From Candidatus Woesearchaeota archaeon (GTDB taxonomy: Archaea; Nanobdellota; Nanobdellia; Woesearchaeales; GW2011-AR9), in assembly GCA_018696595.1 (NCBI GenBank), contig JABHQW010000005.1:25721-89720 (forward strand): a DNA stretch of 64,000 nt, written 5' to 3'. This document shows positions 50,900 to 60,475 of the stretch, in pieces. The notes beneath the pieces are model-generated. The model saw only the letters and a list, made by a program, of their open reading frames with translations, did not search any database and was not told the DNA's origin. Numbering within the stretch: position 1 is the first letter of the stretch; each line of letters begins with the position of its first letter. A program made the position numbers and the translations under genes.

Positions 50900-51370
50900 T
50901 CACATAAAACTTTCTAAACTTAAATTAACAAGATTCTCTTTTGCTTGTAACTCTTTGAAATTCTTACCAATACTTACAAATAGTTGGCCGTTACATAAAG
51001 TTCTTGAAAGTGGTATTCCTTTATTAGCTAAACTTGCTACACATTCAGAAATTAAAGAATTAGGTAACTCAGATCTTAAAGCAATCTCAGAAAAAGATAA
51101 AGGTTGCTCTTCAGTATAAAGTGTTAAAAAGATTTTCTTTTCAGTTTGATTTAAAGATTCAATTTGTGGTTTTTCTAAATTGCAACCTTGGTTAAGTTGG
51201 ATTTGATCCAAACGAGAAGATAGCTTTTCAAGTTTAACATCCATTTCTTGTAGATAATCAAACAAAGATTGGATCTCAGTGGTGTTCTCATTAATCGCGC
51301 TAAGATGTTCTTCTAGAGCTTGACGGACTTTATGAAATTCAGTTCTGACACCTTGGTATAAGCTACACAT
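50900..51370 (-). CDS. Coiled-coil + winged HTH protein
   Basis: N-terminal heptads, then LNQTEKKIFLTLY..LSFSEIA..L.NKGIP HTH. Confidence 0.7.
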   Translation of the reverse strand: MCSLYQGVRTEFHKVRQALEEHLSAINENTTEIQSLFDYLQEMDVKLEKLSSRLDQIQLNQGCNLEKPQIESLNQTEKKIFLTLYTEEQPLSFSEIALRSELPNSLISECVASLANKGIPLSRTLCNGQLFVSIGKNFKELQAKENLVNLSLESFM

Positions 51371-51582
51371 TTTTTAGTATTAAACCCCTCTTAGAAAGAA
51401 CAGAAAAACGTACTGTTCCCTTACTACCACCCGAGATTTAACAAATCTTACTGGTTTAAATATGTTTCTATTTTAGAAAATGTATCATTTTTAAGTGGTC
51501 AGAAAAAGTATTTAAAGATATTGTTTTTCTGTAATGTCCACTTAACAAAAGTCTTAAAAACATTCTCAATTTCTTTTACTAT

Positions 51583-52203
51583 ATGGTTAGATCAAAGAAA
51601 GATTTAGAAGTACAACTAAGCAAACTAAAGAATTTCGCAGAACCTTCTTTAGAGTTAGAACAATATGCAACACCTGACACAATTGCAGCAGATTGGATCT
51701 GGCAAATGGCTTTGAACGGAGAAGTTGCAGGAAGAACTTTCTTAGATGCTGCTTCTGGCCCAGGAATTCTTGGAATTGCTTTATTACTAATGGGAGCGAA
51801 GAAAGTTTATTTTGTTGATAAGGATGAATCGGCAATGAAAATATGTATGAACAATTATAATCAAATCAAAGAAGAATATGAAATTGGTGAAGCGGAATTT
51901 ATTATTGAAGACATTTCTTTGTTTGACCAGGAAGTAGATATTACTGTTCAGAATCCGCCCTTTGGAACAAAAACAGAACATGCTGATAAAAAGTTTTTAG
52001 AAAAAGCGTTTGAAGTTTCTAAGATAGTTTACTCAATGCATAAGTATTCTACAAAATCTTTTGTAGAAGCAATTGCCAAAGACTTCGATTTTGAGATTAC
52101 TCATTTCTGGAGATACGATTTTCCGATAAAAGCTACGTTCATGCATCACAAGAAACCGGTTAAAATGGTAGATGTAGGATTGTGGCGGATGGAAAAAAAG
52201 TAA
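51583..52203 (+). CDS. METTL5-like N6-adenine RNA methyltransferase
   Basis: LELEQYATP, DAASGPGILG, NPPFG, YSMHK, HKK..V.V. Confidence 0.88.
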   Translation: MVRSKKDLEVQLSKLKNFAEPSLELEQYATPDTIAADWIWQMALNGEVAGRTFLDAASGPGILGIALLLMGAKKVYFVDKDESAMKICMNNYNQIKEEYEIGEAEFIIEDISLFDQEVDITVQNPPFGTKTEHADKKFLEKAFEVSKIVYSMHKYSTKSFVEAIAKDFDFEITHFWRYDFPIKATFMHHKKPVKMVDVGLWRMEKK

Positions 52204-52261
52204 TACATATTTCTAAGAATATAAATATTTATAATTACTTTTAAAATGCTTTAAATCATAA

Positions 52262-52504
52262 ATGTCAAAAGAAACGATTGAAGACAAATTACCGGATGTT
52301 GTTAATGTTAGTTGGTCAATCACAAAAAAAGGAGGAAAAGGGATCGTTAGACATAATCCAGATTTAGGAAAATATAATGATTTATTTGTAGCGGGAAGAG
52401 AAACAGTCCATATTGGAGATCATAGTTATATCAAAACTGTTGATGAAGCGTTCATGAAAGGTAATGAACCAACAGCACATTTACAATATCAAAGGAAGTT
52501 CTAA
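52262..52504 (+). CDS. Small hypothetical protein
   Basis: 80-aa ORF behind a BRE/TATA (ATAAATATTTATAA). Confidence 0.55.
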   Translation: MSKETIEDKLPDVVNVSWSITKKGGKGIVRHNPDLGKYNDLFVAGRETVHIGDHSYIKTVDEAFMKGNEPTAHLQYQRKF

Positions 52505-52559
52505 TCCAAACATTTTTATATTTCTTATTATATACTATTAATAATAAAGAGGACTAAAA

Positions 52560-55199
52560 ATGAAAGATTCTATTAATTATCACGCACTGGATGAGGAAAA
52601 TACGTTAAAAGTATTGAAAACTACAAAAAAAGGTTTAACTAACCATGAAGCAGAACATCGAAGACAAACCTACGGATTTAATGAATTAAAAGCAGAGAAA
52701 ACAGTAAGTCCAATAAAAATTTTCTTAGAACAATTTGCCAGCCCATTAATCTGGATTTTATTATTTGCGTTAATAGTTTCCATTATTTTAGGAGAAGTTA
52801 CTGATGCAGTAGTAATCTCAGTCATTGTTATTCTCAACTCTATTCTAGGATTTGTTCAAGAGTTTAGAGCAGAAAAAGCCATTGAAGCATTAAAGAAAAT
52901 GGCTTCCCCAAAAGCAAGAGTTCTCAGAGAGGGTAAAGAAATAAGAATAGAAAGTAAATATTTAGTCCCAGGAGATATTATTATATTAGAAACGGGAGAT
53001 AAGATTCCCGCAGATTCCCGTTTATTAGAAGTACATAGTTTACATTCTCAAGAAGCACCATTAACAGGAGAATCTCAACCAATAACAAAAATCTCAGAAA
53101 AATTAGCAGAAAAAACCGTTCTTGCAGAAAGAAAAAATATGGTTTACGCTTCTACAATTATTTCTCAAGGAAGAGCCTTAGCTATAGTTACCTCAACAGG
53201 GATGAACACAGAAGTTGGAAAGATTGCTAAACTAATAAAAGAAGCCCATGAGAAATTAACACCATTACAAAAGAAGTTAAGACAATTAGGAAAGTACCTT
53301 ACCATTGCTGTAATCGTAGTAGCAGTAATGATTTTCTTAGCTGGAATATTCTCAGGGCACCCAATAGAAACAATGTTCTTAACTGCAATTGCTTTAGCAG
53401 TAGCAGCAATCCCAGAAGGACTACCCGCAGTAATTACAATCTCTCTAGCTTTAGGCGTGCAGAAGATGATTAAAAAGAATGCCTTAGTTAGAAAACTTCC
53501 TTCTGTAGAAACTTTAGGAAGTGTTAGTGTTATTTGTACCGATAAGACTGGAACGCTTACACACAACCAAATGACGGTTGTTAAAGCTTGGGCTAACGAT
53601 CAAGAATATGAAGTTTCAGGTGCAGGTTATGAACCAAAAGGAAGTTTCTCTATTGAAGGAAAACTTGCTAATCCAGAAATGTTACATCAGATGTTGAAAA
53701 TTGGCATGTTATGTAATGATGCGAAGTTAACTGGAAAAGATAAAAACAGAGAAGTTTTAGGAGATCCAACCGAAGCAGCATTAATTGTTTCTGCAGAAAA
53801 AATTGGTTTTAAATTAAAAGAACATTCTAAAAAAGAACCAAGAGTCGATGAAATTCCTTTCACTTCCGAAAGGAAGATGATGACAACCATCCATAAAGGA
53901 AAAGTTTCTTACACTAAAGGTGCCCCTGACATAATTATTGAAAAATGTGACCAGATATTAATTAATGGTAAAATACAAAGACTAAACAGACACAAGAAAA
54001 AAGAATTATTAAAACAAAATGAGATATTTGCTCAACAAGCATTACGTGTTTTAGGGTTTGCTTATAATGAAAACTTCAAGAAAAATGAAGATTCTGAAAC
54101 TGGAATGGTTTTTGTTGGATTACAAGCAATGATTGACCCCCCAAGGGAAGAAGTTAAAGAGTCAATTAAAGTCTGTCAAGAAGCAGGAATTAGAGTAATA
54201 ATGATTACTGGTGATCATGTAACAACGGCCCAAGCAATTGCTAAAGAGTTAGGCATCAAGGGCGAAGCAATTACTGGGCAGGATTTAGAAAAAGTTGATC
54301 TGAAAAAGAAAATAAAAGACACCAACATATTCGCTAGAGTTAATCCTAAAGATAAATTAGATGTTGTTAAAGCATTGAAACAACAAGGTTACGTTGTAGC
54401 AATGACCGGAGATGGAGTTAATGATGCCCCTGCTTTAAAGAAGGCTGACATTGGCATTAGTATGGGTATTACAGGAACAGATGTTGCTAAAGAAGCTTCC
54501 GATATGATTCTTACTGATGATAATTTTACAAGTATTGTTAGTGCAGTTGAAGAAGGAAGAGGAATATTTGACAACATTAGAAAATTTGTTAATTATTTAT
54601 TATCAAGTAATCTGGGAGAAATCACAGCGATATTTTTTGCGTTTATTTTAAGTCCATTTTTATTTCCTAATGCTGCTTTAGTTTTACCATTAACTGCCAT
54701 CCAAATTTTATGGGTTAATTTAGTTACAGATGGTTTACCTGCTGTTGCTTTAAGTTTGGACCCTCATGCTAAAGGTATCATGTTACGTAAACCCCGGCCA
54801 GCACATGAAAGTATTTTATCTAAAGAATTATGGATGGACATTATTGTATTTGGTACACTAATAGGAGTTGGCACATTAATCTTATTCTTTTTATATCACG
54901 ATTCAGGAACAGCAAAAGCACAAACGGTTGCATTTACTGCTTTAGTAGTTTTTGAAATTGTTAGAATTAGAATGATTAGAAGCGATTACAAGTTAGGAAT
55001 GTTCAGTAACAAATGGTTAGTAGCAGCCATATTTGGATCATTCTTATTACAGTTAATAGTAATTTACACCCCGTTATCTAAAGTATTTGGAACGGTGCCA
55101 TTAGAACTTTTTGATTGGGGAGTGATTGTCCTTGTAGGTGTAATCCTGTTAGCATTACATTGGGTTTATGTTTGGATTAAAAGAAAGATGAGGGAATAA
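52560..55199 (+). CDS. P-type ATPase, P2A (Ca2+-type)
   Basis: TGES, PEGLP, DKTGTLT, KGAP, MITGD, GDGVNDAPALK, NLVTDGLP. Confidence 0.95.
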   Translation: MKDSINYHALDEENTLKVLKTTKKGLTNHEAEHRRQTYGFNELKAEKTVSPIKIFLEQFASPLIWILLFALIVSIILGEVTDAVVISVIVILNSILGFVQEFRAEKAIEALKKMASPKARVLREGKEIRIESKYLVPGDIIILETGDKIPADSRLLEVHSLHSQEAPLTGESQPITKISEKLAEKTVLAERKNMVYASTIISQGRALAIVTSTGMNTEVGKIAKLIKEAHEKLTPLQKKLRQLGKYLTIAVIVVAVMIFLAGIFSGHPIETMFLTAIALAVAAIPEGLPAVITISLALGVQKMIKKNALVRKLPSVETLGSVSVICTDKTGTLTHNQMTVVKAWANDQEYEVSGAGYEPKGSFSIEGKLANPEMLHQMLKIGMLCNDAKLTGKDKNREVLGDPTEAALIVSAEKIGFKLKEHSKKEPRVDEIPFTSERKMMTTIHKGKVSYTKGAPDIIIEKCDQILINGKIQRLNRHKKKELLKQNEIFAQQALRVLGFAYNENFKKNEDSETGMVFVGLQAMIDPPREEVKESIKVCQEAGIRVIMITGDHVTTAQAIAKELGIKGEAITGQDLEKVDLKKKIKDTNIFARVNPKDKLDVVKALKQQGYVVAMTGDGVNDAPALKKADIGISMGITGTDVAKEASDMILTDDNFTSIVSAVEEGRGIFDNIRKFVNYLLSSNLGEITAIFFAFILSPFLFPNAALVLPLTAIQILWVNLVTDGLPAVALSLDPHAKGIMLRKPRPAHESILSKELWMDIIVFGTLIGVGTLILFFLYHDSGTAKAQTVAFTALVVFEIVRIRMIRSDYKLGMFSNKWLVAAIFGSFLLQLIVIYTPLSKVFGTVPLELFDWGVIVLVGVILLALHWVYVWIKRKMRE

Positions 55200-55200
55200 A

Positions 55201-56277
55201 GTGTACACTTACATAGACACAAATGAACGACTAAAAGAGATCTGTGAAGAATTAGAAAAAGAAAGTTCTTTAGGCATAGATTTAGAATGTGAAAATAATC
55301 TTCACCATTACGGAGCTTATATCTCTTTGATTCAGATTTCTGATAATAAAAATAATTATGTGGTTGATATCTTAAAAGTCATTGAACTAAAACCGTTGAT
55401 TAAAATATTACAAGATAAAGAGATCCAGAAAATATTTCACGGTTCTGATTTTGATTTAAGAATCCTTAATCATCAACTGAAATGTAAACCTAAAAATGTT
55501 TTTGATACTCAGATTGCAGCACAATTATTAGGGAAAACAGAGATTGGGTTGGGTGCTTTAATTAAAAACTATTTTAATGTTGAAAAGATTAAAAAGTTTC
55601 AAAGAGCAGACTGGACTAAGCGACCCCTAACAGAAGAGATGTTAGATTATGCTTCTGGTGACACCATCTATTTGATTAGGTTACGTGATGTTTTAGTAAA
55701 AGAATTGAAACAGAAGAATCGTTTACCTTGGGTAAAAGAAGATTTCTTAGTATTAGAAAAGAAAGAATGGAAATATGAAGAAGGAACTTTCAATACTGTA
55801 AAAGGTTACTCTCATTTAGAACCAAGAGAAAGGTCAATCTTTAAACATCTTTATGAATTGAGAGATCGGTTAGCTAAGCGAGTAGATCGGCCGATTCATT
55901 TTGTTATTAATAATAAACGTTTAATGGAATATACGGTTGATCCCCCTAAAGATTGGTCCCGAATAAGAGGAGTACATCCAATTATTAAAAAAAGCGGACG
56001 TTTATTTTATTTAGAAGTACAAAAAGGAAAGAAAGAAAAAATTGAAATTGTTAAAACTGTTGGTAAGAAACTTGCTATTAACAAAAGAGCACAACTAGAG
56101 AAGTTGGAAGTGTTACAAGTAAAGTTAGGAGAAGAATTAAAAATTCAAAAGTCTCTTATCATGAATAAAGAACAAATGATTAAGATTGTTGTTTCTGAAA
56201 GTTTGGATATTTTGAAAAAGTGGCAGAAGGATCTGATTAAAGAAGAATGGAAAAAGATTTCAACACAGATTAAGTAA
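55201..56277 (+). CDS. rnd: RNase D-like DEDDy 3'-5' exonuclease with HRDC domain
   Basis: IDLECEN, LIQIS, FHGSDFDL, DTQIAA, DWTKRPL..MLDYASGD, R.RLAKRVDRP. Confidence 0.85.
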   Translation: MYTYIDTNERLKEICEELEKESSLGIDLECENNLHHYGAYISLIQISDNKNNYVVDILKVIELKPLIKILQDKEIQKIFHGSDFDLRILNHQLKCKPKNVFDTQIAAQLLGKTEIGLGALIKNYFNVEKIKKFQRADWTKRPLTEEMLDYASGDTIYLIRLRDVLVKELKQKNRLPWVKEDFLVLEKKEWKYEEGTFNTVKGYSHLEPRERSIFKHLYELRDRLAKRVDRPIHFVINNKRLMEYTVDPPKDWSRIRGVHPIIKKSGRLFYLEVQKGKKEKIEIVKTVGKKLAINKRAQLEKLEVLQVKLGEELKIQKSLIMNKEQMIKIVVSESLDILKKWQKDLIKEEWKKISTQIK

Positions 56278-57618
56278 ATGCTCCCTGAAGAAATTCATCT
56301 CTTTAGGAAACTTGTTTATTTTCTCTAAAGTGTTTTTGTGGCTTTTCTTAAGTTGTTTGATTTCTTCCTGGGTTAAACCAGAATTAGTTTGATAAGAAAT
56401 TTTTGGTTCTAAAACTGTTCTATTTGTTTCTGTAATTTCAGTAACACCAAACTGAGAAGGATTGTTAAATATTGGAGTTCCTTTCTGTAATCCAAATGTT
56501 GAAGTAGAAACCAAAGCAATGTTTTCTTGGTTATCTGTTAGAAAATTAATTGTTTCCATAAACTCTTCTTTAGTTTCAGTAGGAAAACCAAACATAATGT
56601 AAAGAACATTCTTAATCTCTGCTTTTTTAGAATCAGCTAAGACACTAGTAATGTCCTCTTTGTTTGTACCTTTTTGCATTAAACCCAAGACCCTATTACA
56701 TCCAGATTCCACCCCCCAGATTACACTCTTCAATCCAGATTCAGACAAAATACTTAATGTTTCTAGATCCAAATCTTTTGTCGGTCTTAATTGACACATC
56801 CAAGAAACATTTAATGGTTTCAACATCTCTGCTAGTTGCAATAATCTTTTCTTAGAAATCATATCATCAATAAAGAAGAATTGTTTTTGTTTCGAGTTTA
56901 TGATTGTTTCTTTGATTTGTTCTAATGGAAATTCGTAATACTCTTTATTCTGATGGTGTGTACAAAAGGTACATCTTTTATAAAAACAAGTGCTAGTTGT
57001 TTTGATAGGAATTACTGCTTGGGAAACAAAATAGTCTTTAAGGTTACAAGTATTAAAGTCTAAGATATTATCACAATTAAGTTCTTGATGATTAACTTTC
57101 TTTTCAGTTAAGTATTCCAACAATTCAACTTCATTTTGACAATATTTCGTTGCTTGCGCGATGATTTTCTCATTTACAGCAGGACCACCGACAACGGTTT
57201 TGATTCCCTGTTTCTTTAATTCTTTAAGTAAGGCTAAAGAATAAAATGCTTGGCTAGAATATACAATACTGAAAGCAACTAAGTCTGTATTTTGATCTTT
57301 AATTTGTTCTGTTAATTCTTTTAACAATTCTGGATCTTGGTTACCAACAACTTTCTTATTGTTTTCAGAATAAGTAGTTTTAGTTAATTGATGATATTCT
57401 TTAGATATCTGTTCATATTCTTCTTTAGAGTAATCTTTAGTAAAGTTTTGAAAGTATTGTTGATATTTATAAAACTTTAATTTATGAAATTCTAAGTTTA
57501 AATCCAATATAGCTGTTTCCATTTTGGAATTTGCTTTTAAAAAAGCACTCAGATTAACTAGCGAATATGGCGGACTAGCTGGAGTACAAAAGGGAGGATA
57601 AACTAATAATATTTTCAT
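56260..57618 (-). CDS. B12-binding radical SAM protein
   Basis: N-terminal cobalamin-binding-type domain (PPYSL.., VVGGP), CFYKRCTFC, WGVESG..RVLGLMQKG, MFGFPTET. Confidence 0.85.
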   Translation of the reverse strand: MKILLVYPPFCTPASPPYSLVNLSAFLKANSKMETAILDLNLEFHKLKFYKYQQYFQNFTKDYSKEEYEQISKEYHQLTKTTYSENNKKVVGNQDPELLKELTEQIKDQNTDLVAFSIVYSSQAFYSLALLKELKKQGIKTVVGGPAVNEKIIAQATKYCQNEVELLEYLTEKKVNHQELNCDNILDFNTCNLKDYFVSQAVIPIKTTSTCFYKRCTFCTHHQNKEYYEFPLEQIKETIINSKQKQFFFIDDMISKKRLLQLAEMLKPLNVSWMCQLRPTKDLDLETLSILSESGLKSVIWGVESGCNRVLGLMQKGTNKEDITSVLADSKKAEIKNVLYIMFGFPTETKEEFMETINFLTDNQENIALVSTSTFGLQKGTPIFNNPSQFGVTEITETNRTVLEPKISYQTNSGLTQEEIKQLKKSHKNTLEKINKFPKEMNFFREHLLNLC

Positions 57619-57667
57619 AAAGTATATTTTATGGAGTTACTTTAAAAGAATTATGTGAATTATGTGA

Positions 57668-58375
57668 TTATAAGTCATAATCTTCTTCTATTAAGACTTG
57701 TTCATGAATCTGTCCAGGAAGTTGATTATAAAAAATCTTATTTGAAGGGATCATTTTAAGTTCTGATAATCCTTCACGATTGAACCACCCATACTCAGAA
57801 ACATCACTATCTTTCTCAATCAAATGAGGTAATTTTTCTACAAAGTCACATAACATATGTATCAAATAAACATGATGTTTAATATTTCCTAAATTGTCCT
57901 TAATGATAGTGGGATAAATCCCTTTAACTTTCTTTGGTTTAATTTTCATACCGCATTCTTCCATTAATTCTCTTTCAGATGCTTCAAAGAAACTTTCACC
58001 ATGCCCTACTTTCCCGCCAGGAATTAACCAATAATTAAGATAAGGTTTTTTTGCTCTTTTAGCAAAAAGAATTTTTCCTTCATGTTCCACCTCACAACAA
58101 ACAACTGGAATAGGATATTGCTCTTTGAGCTCAAATTGTTTAGCATACATTCCAAACTTTTCGCCTTCAGTAGTTAAAGAATATTCCCCAGAATCTTCTT
58201 TTCTAATTAAATTTAAAGAAGTAAGTAGTTTCAAATGATAATTAACCCGACCTGAATCTTTCTCATCTAAACAAGACATAATCTCAGAGTATGTTTTATT
58301 CCCCCGCATCAGAAAATTAATAACTTGTACTTTGGTCTTCTCTTTCAAAGCGTCATTTAATTTCTTTTTATCCAT
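57668..58375 (-). CDS. ArsR-type HTH fused to NUDIX hydrolase
   Basis: N-terminal KTYSEIM..SGRVNYHLKLL HTH; GGKVGHGESFFEASERELMEECG Nudix box. Confidence 0.85.
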   Translation of the reverse strand: MDKKKLNDALKEKTKVQVINFLMRGNKTYSEIMSCLDEKDSGRVNYHLKLLTSLNLIRKEDSGEYSLTTEGEKFGMYAKQFELKEQYPIPVVCCEVEHEGKILFAKRAKKPYLNYWLIPGGKVGHGESFFEASERELMEECGMKIKPKKVKGIYPTIIKDNLGNIKHHVYLIHMLCDFVEKLPHLIEKDSDVSEYGWFNREGLSELKMIPSNKIFYNQLPGQIHEQVLIEEDYDL

Positions 58376-58488
58376 AAAAGTGTTAAAATGGGTACTTGTT
58401 TAAAAATCATTTGTGAAATTCACTTCACATATTAAAATATTTCATACCAAAAAGTTTAAATATTACTTGTTATATATACTTATATAAG

Positions 58489-58755
58489 ATGCCTCAAACA
58501 ACAATCTTGCATAGCCCCACATTAGAATCTGTATTGATGGTAGAGAAAGCAATACAAAAATATTCCCAAGAATGTGGCAAATATCAATTATGGAAGAAAT
58601 TGCCCAAGAAAATGATGTATCAAACATTTCAAGTAATTTTAAAATATTTACAAGAATCAGGAAAAATTATTGTTGACAATGATGGTTGTGTAATATGGAC
58701 GTTTAATCCTAAAAGAGTAAAGAAATTAATTAGTGAAGGATTGATTGTAAAATAG
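58489..58755 (+). CDS. Small wHTH-like protein (possible antitoxin partner)
   Basis: 88-aa ORF behind a BRE/TATA; ends 2 nt from the stop of the convergent RelE-like pseudogene. Confidence 0.65.
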   Translation: MPQTTILHSPTLESVLMVEKAIQKYSQECGKYQLWKKLPKKMMYQTFQVILKYLQESGKIIVDNDGCVIWTFNPKRVKKLISEGLIVK

Positions 58756-58757
58756 AA

Positions 58758-59088
58758 TTAATACTTAAACTTCTTTTCATATTCTTTATGGGAAAACCAT
58801 TCCAGAATAATCCCCCATAATTCTAACTTCATCACTTTAAATAGTATAAATGAGTCTCCAAGCATCAGGCAAATTATACTTCCAAAGATTAGTTAAGCCA
58901 TATTCTTGAACATAGGACTTTGGCCACAACTTCTTTGGAACTTTTACCCCACAAGTAATATCCTTCTTAATGTCATCTAATGCTCTATCGATAAACTTAT
59001 AGAGCTTTTGATCTTCAGATTTTCCAGATTTGAGACTATCAAACTGTCCTTTTAGTTTCTTGTTAATAAATGCAACATTAGTTTCCAT
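58758..59088 (-). pseudogene. RelE/HigB-like toxin pseudogene (nonsense codon plus +1 frameshift)
   Basis: LWKYNLPDAWRLIYTI then TAA (58837-58839), in-frame SDEVRIMG, an extra G in the G5 run, then IILEWFSHKEYEKKFKY*. Confidence 0.75.
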
Positions 59089-59404
59089 TATTCCATTTAT
59101 GCCAACCTTTATTCTCTTTGTCAAACTCACCATTGGCTAACTTTCTTTTTGGAAATAATGTTCCACCAGACTTATGTTGACCAAAAGCAAGTTTTGCACC
59201 GCAAGATTTACATCTTAATTCGTAATAATCATTTCCTTCTACAGTTCTAACAATAAATTGCAAATCATCGTTGTTACACTGGCCACAATTAGATTCGTCA
59301 AACACTTCTTGAAACTCAGATAATTTCTTAAAAGCATCTTTAGCGGAATCGGAATCAATCTCTACGTTTAATCTTTGGTTCTTCGTTGTATAGTTTATTT
59401 TCAT
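59078..59404 (-). CDS. Zn-ribbon protein (CGQC...CKSC)
   Basis: Two CxxC motifs. Start set at MKINYTTKN. Overlaps the toxin start by 11 nt. Confidence 0.7.
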   Translation of the reverse strand: MKINYTTKNQRLNVEIDSDSAKDAFKKLSEFQEVFDESNCGQCNNDDLQFIVRTVEGNDYYELRCKSCGAKLAFGQHKSGGTLFPKRKLANGEFDKENKGWHKWNNGN

Positions 59405-59630
59405 GTTAAGTTTAATGAAGAACTTATTTATATATTCTTTCCAAGGTTGTCTAGTGCGGGAGTGGGTCACAAATTGGCTCATAACAATAGTATAAGCGTA
59501 ATAATTTTCCACTTTCAGCGCTTCTCCCTGAGAAATACTAAGACATACGCTTATACAGTGTTACACTCAATAAATTTGAAGTCCTAAAAGTAGAAGAGGG
59601 CAATTTCTTAAAAAACAAATGGGGTCGTCT

Positions 59631-60368
59631 TTATTTCTTCGCTAACTTCCACATTAACTTAAACTGATTCTTGTAACTCTCTGCATTATCCTGATTCTTT
59701 ATTACTATTGCAACAGGTGGTTTCGCTGTCCAAACTAACAATAAAGCTGTATCTTTATAGATCATTGTGTCCGTGATACTTGGATATTCTTTTGGATGAA
59801 AACGTGCATCTCCAAAATAATCTTTTAACAATTCGGGGTTCTTCTTTTTCAATTCCTCTGTAAAAATAACTTTGGATTTAATCTTGTATTTTCTCTTTTT
59901 CTTCTGCCACAAATCCCAATATGCTCCCATCTTCTCCCTAAACAACCCTGATACTCCAAAATCAAAATAGTCTCCATTAGGATTTAATTCTTCTAACATC
60001 TTATCCATTGAAGAACGGATACCTTTGATCCCATAGTAAACAGTAACTTCCTGTTTTTCTTTACTTGCTTCTAACTTCTGATTTAATGCAGGAAGAACAC
60101 TCTGTAATTTATCCTGCCTTTCTTTTAGAACATCCATTAACCTGTCTGGACTTGCTGGCTCAAAATATTGCTTCTTGCCTTTAATGATTGAAGAAACCAA
60201 ACCTTTCTCTTTCAATCTTTGAAGAATTTGATAAGTCGTTCCTCTATGCAATGCTGTTTTCTTAATGATTGGACCTGCTAATGTTGGGCCAGTTTCTAAA
60301 AGAGCAAGATAGACTTTTGCTTCTGCTTCTGATAATCCTAGTTCTTGCAGTATTTCTTTTTCTGTCAT
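59631..60368 (-). CDS. TrmB family transcriptional regulator
   Basis: GLSEAEAKVYLALLE..IIKKT..Y..L.RL.EKGLV; paralog of 42569-43321. Confidence 0.88.
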   Translation of the reverse strand: MTEKEILQELGLSEAEAKVYLALLETGPTLAGPIIKKTALHRGTTYQILQRLKEKGLVSSIIKGKKQYFEPASPDRLMDVLKERQDKLQSVLPALNQKLEASKEKQEVTVYYGIKGIRSSMDKMLEELNPNGDYFDFGVSGLFREKMGAYWDLWQKKKRKYKIKSKVIFTEELKKKNPELLKDYFGDARFHPKEYPSITDTMIYKDTALLLVWTAKPPVAIVIKNQDNAESYKNQFKLMWKLAKK

Positions 60369-60475
60369 ATACTATCAATAATCAAATTCAATATTTAAAT
60401 ATTTCTATTTTGTCATCTTGATTAAGACTACAATTCTTTAAATATGCCTACAAACAAACCACTCTATGGTGGAAA

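Noticed and set aside
58412-58429. CRP-like box TGTGA..TCACA
   Set aside because: The spacer is 8 nt rather than 6, and there is no CRP homolog in view.
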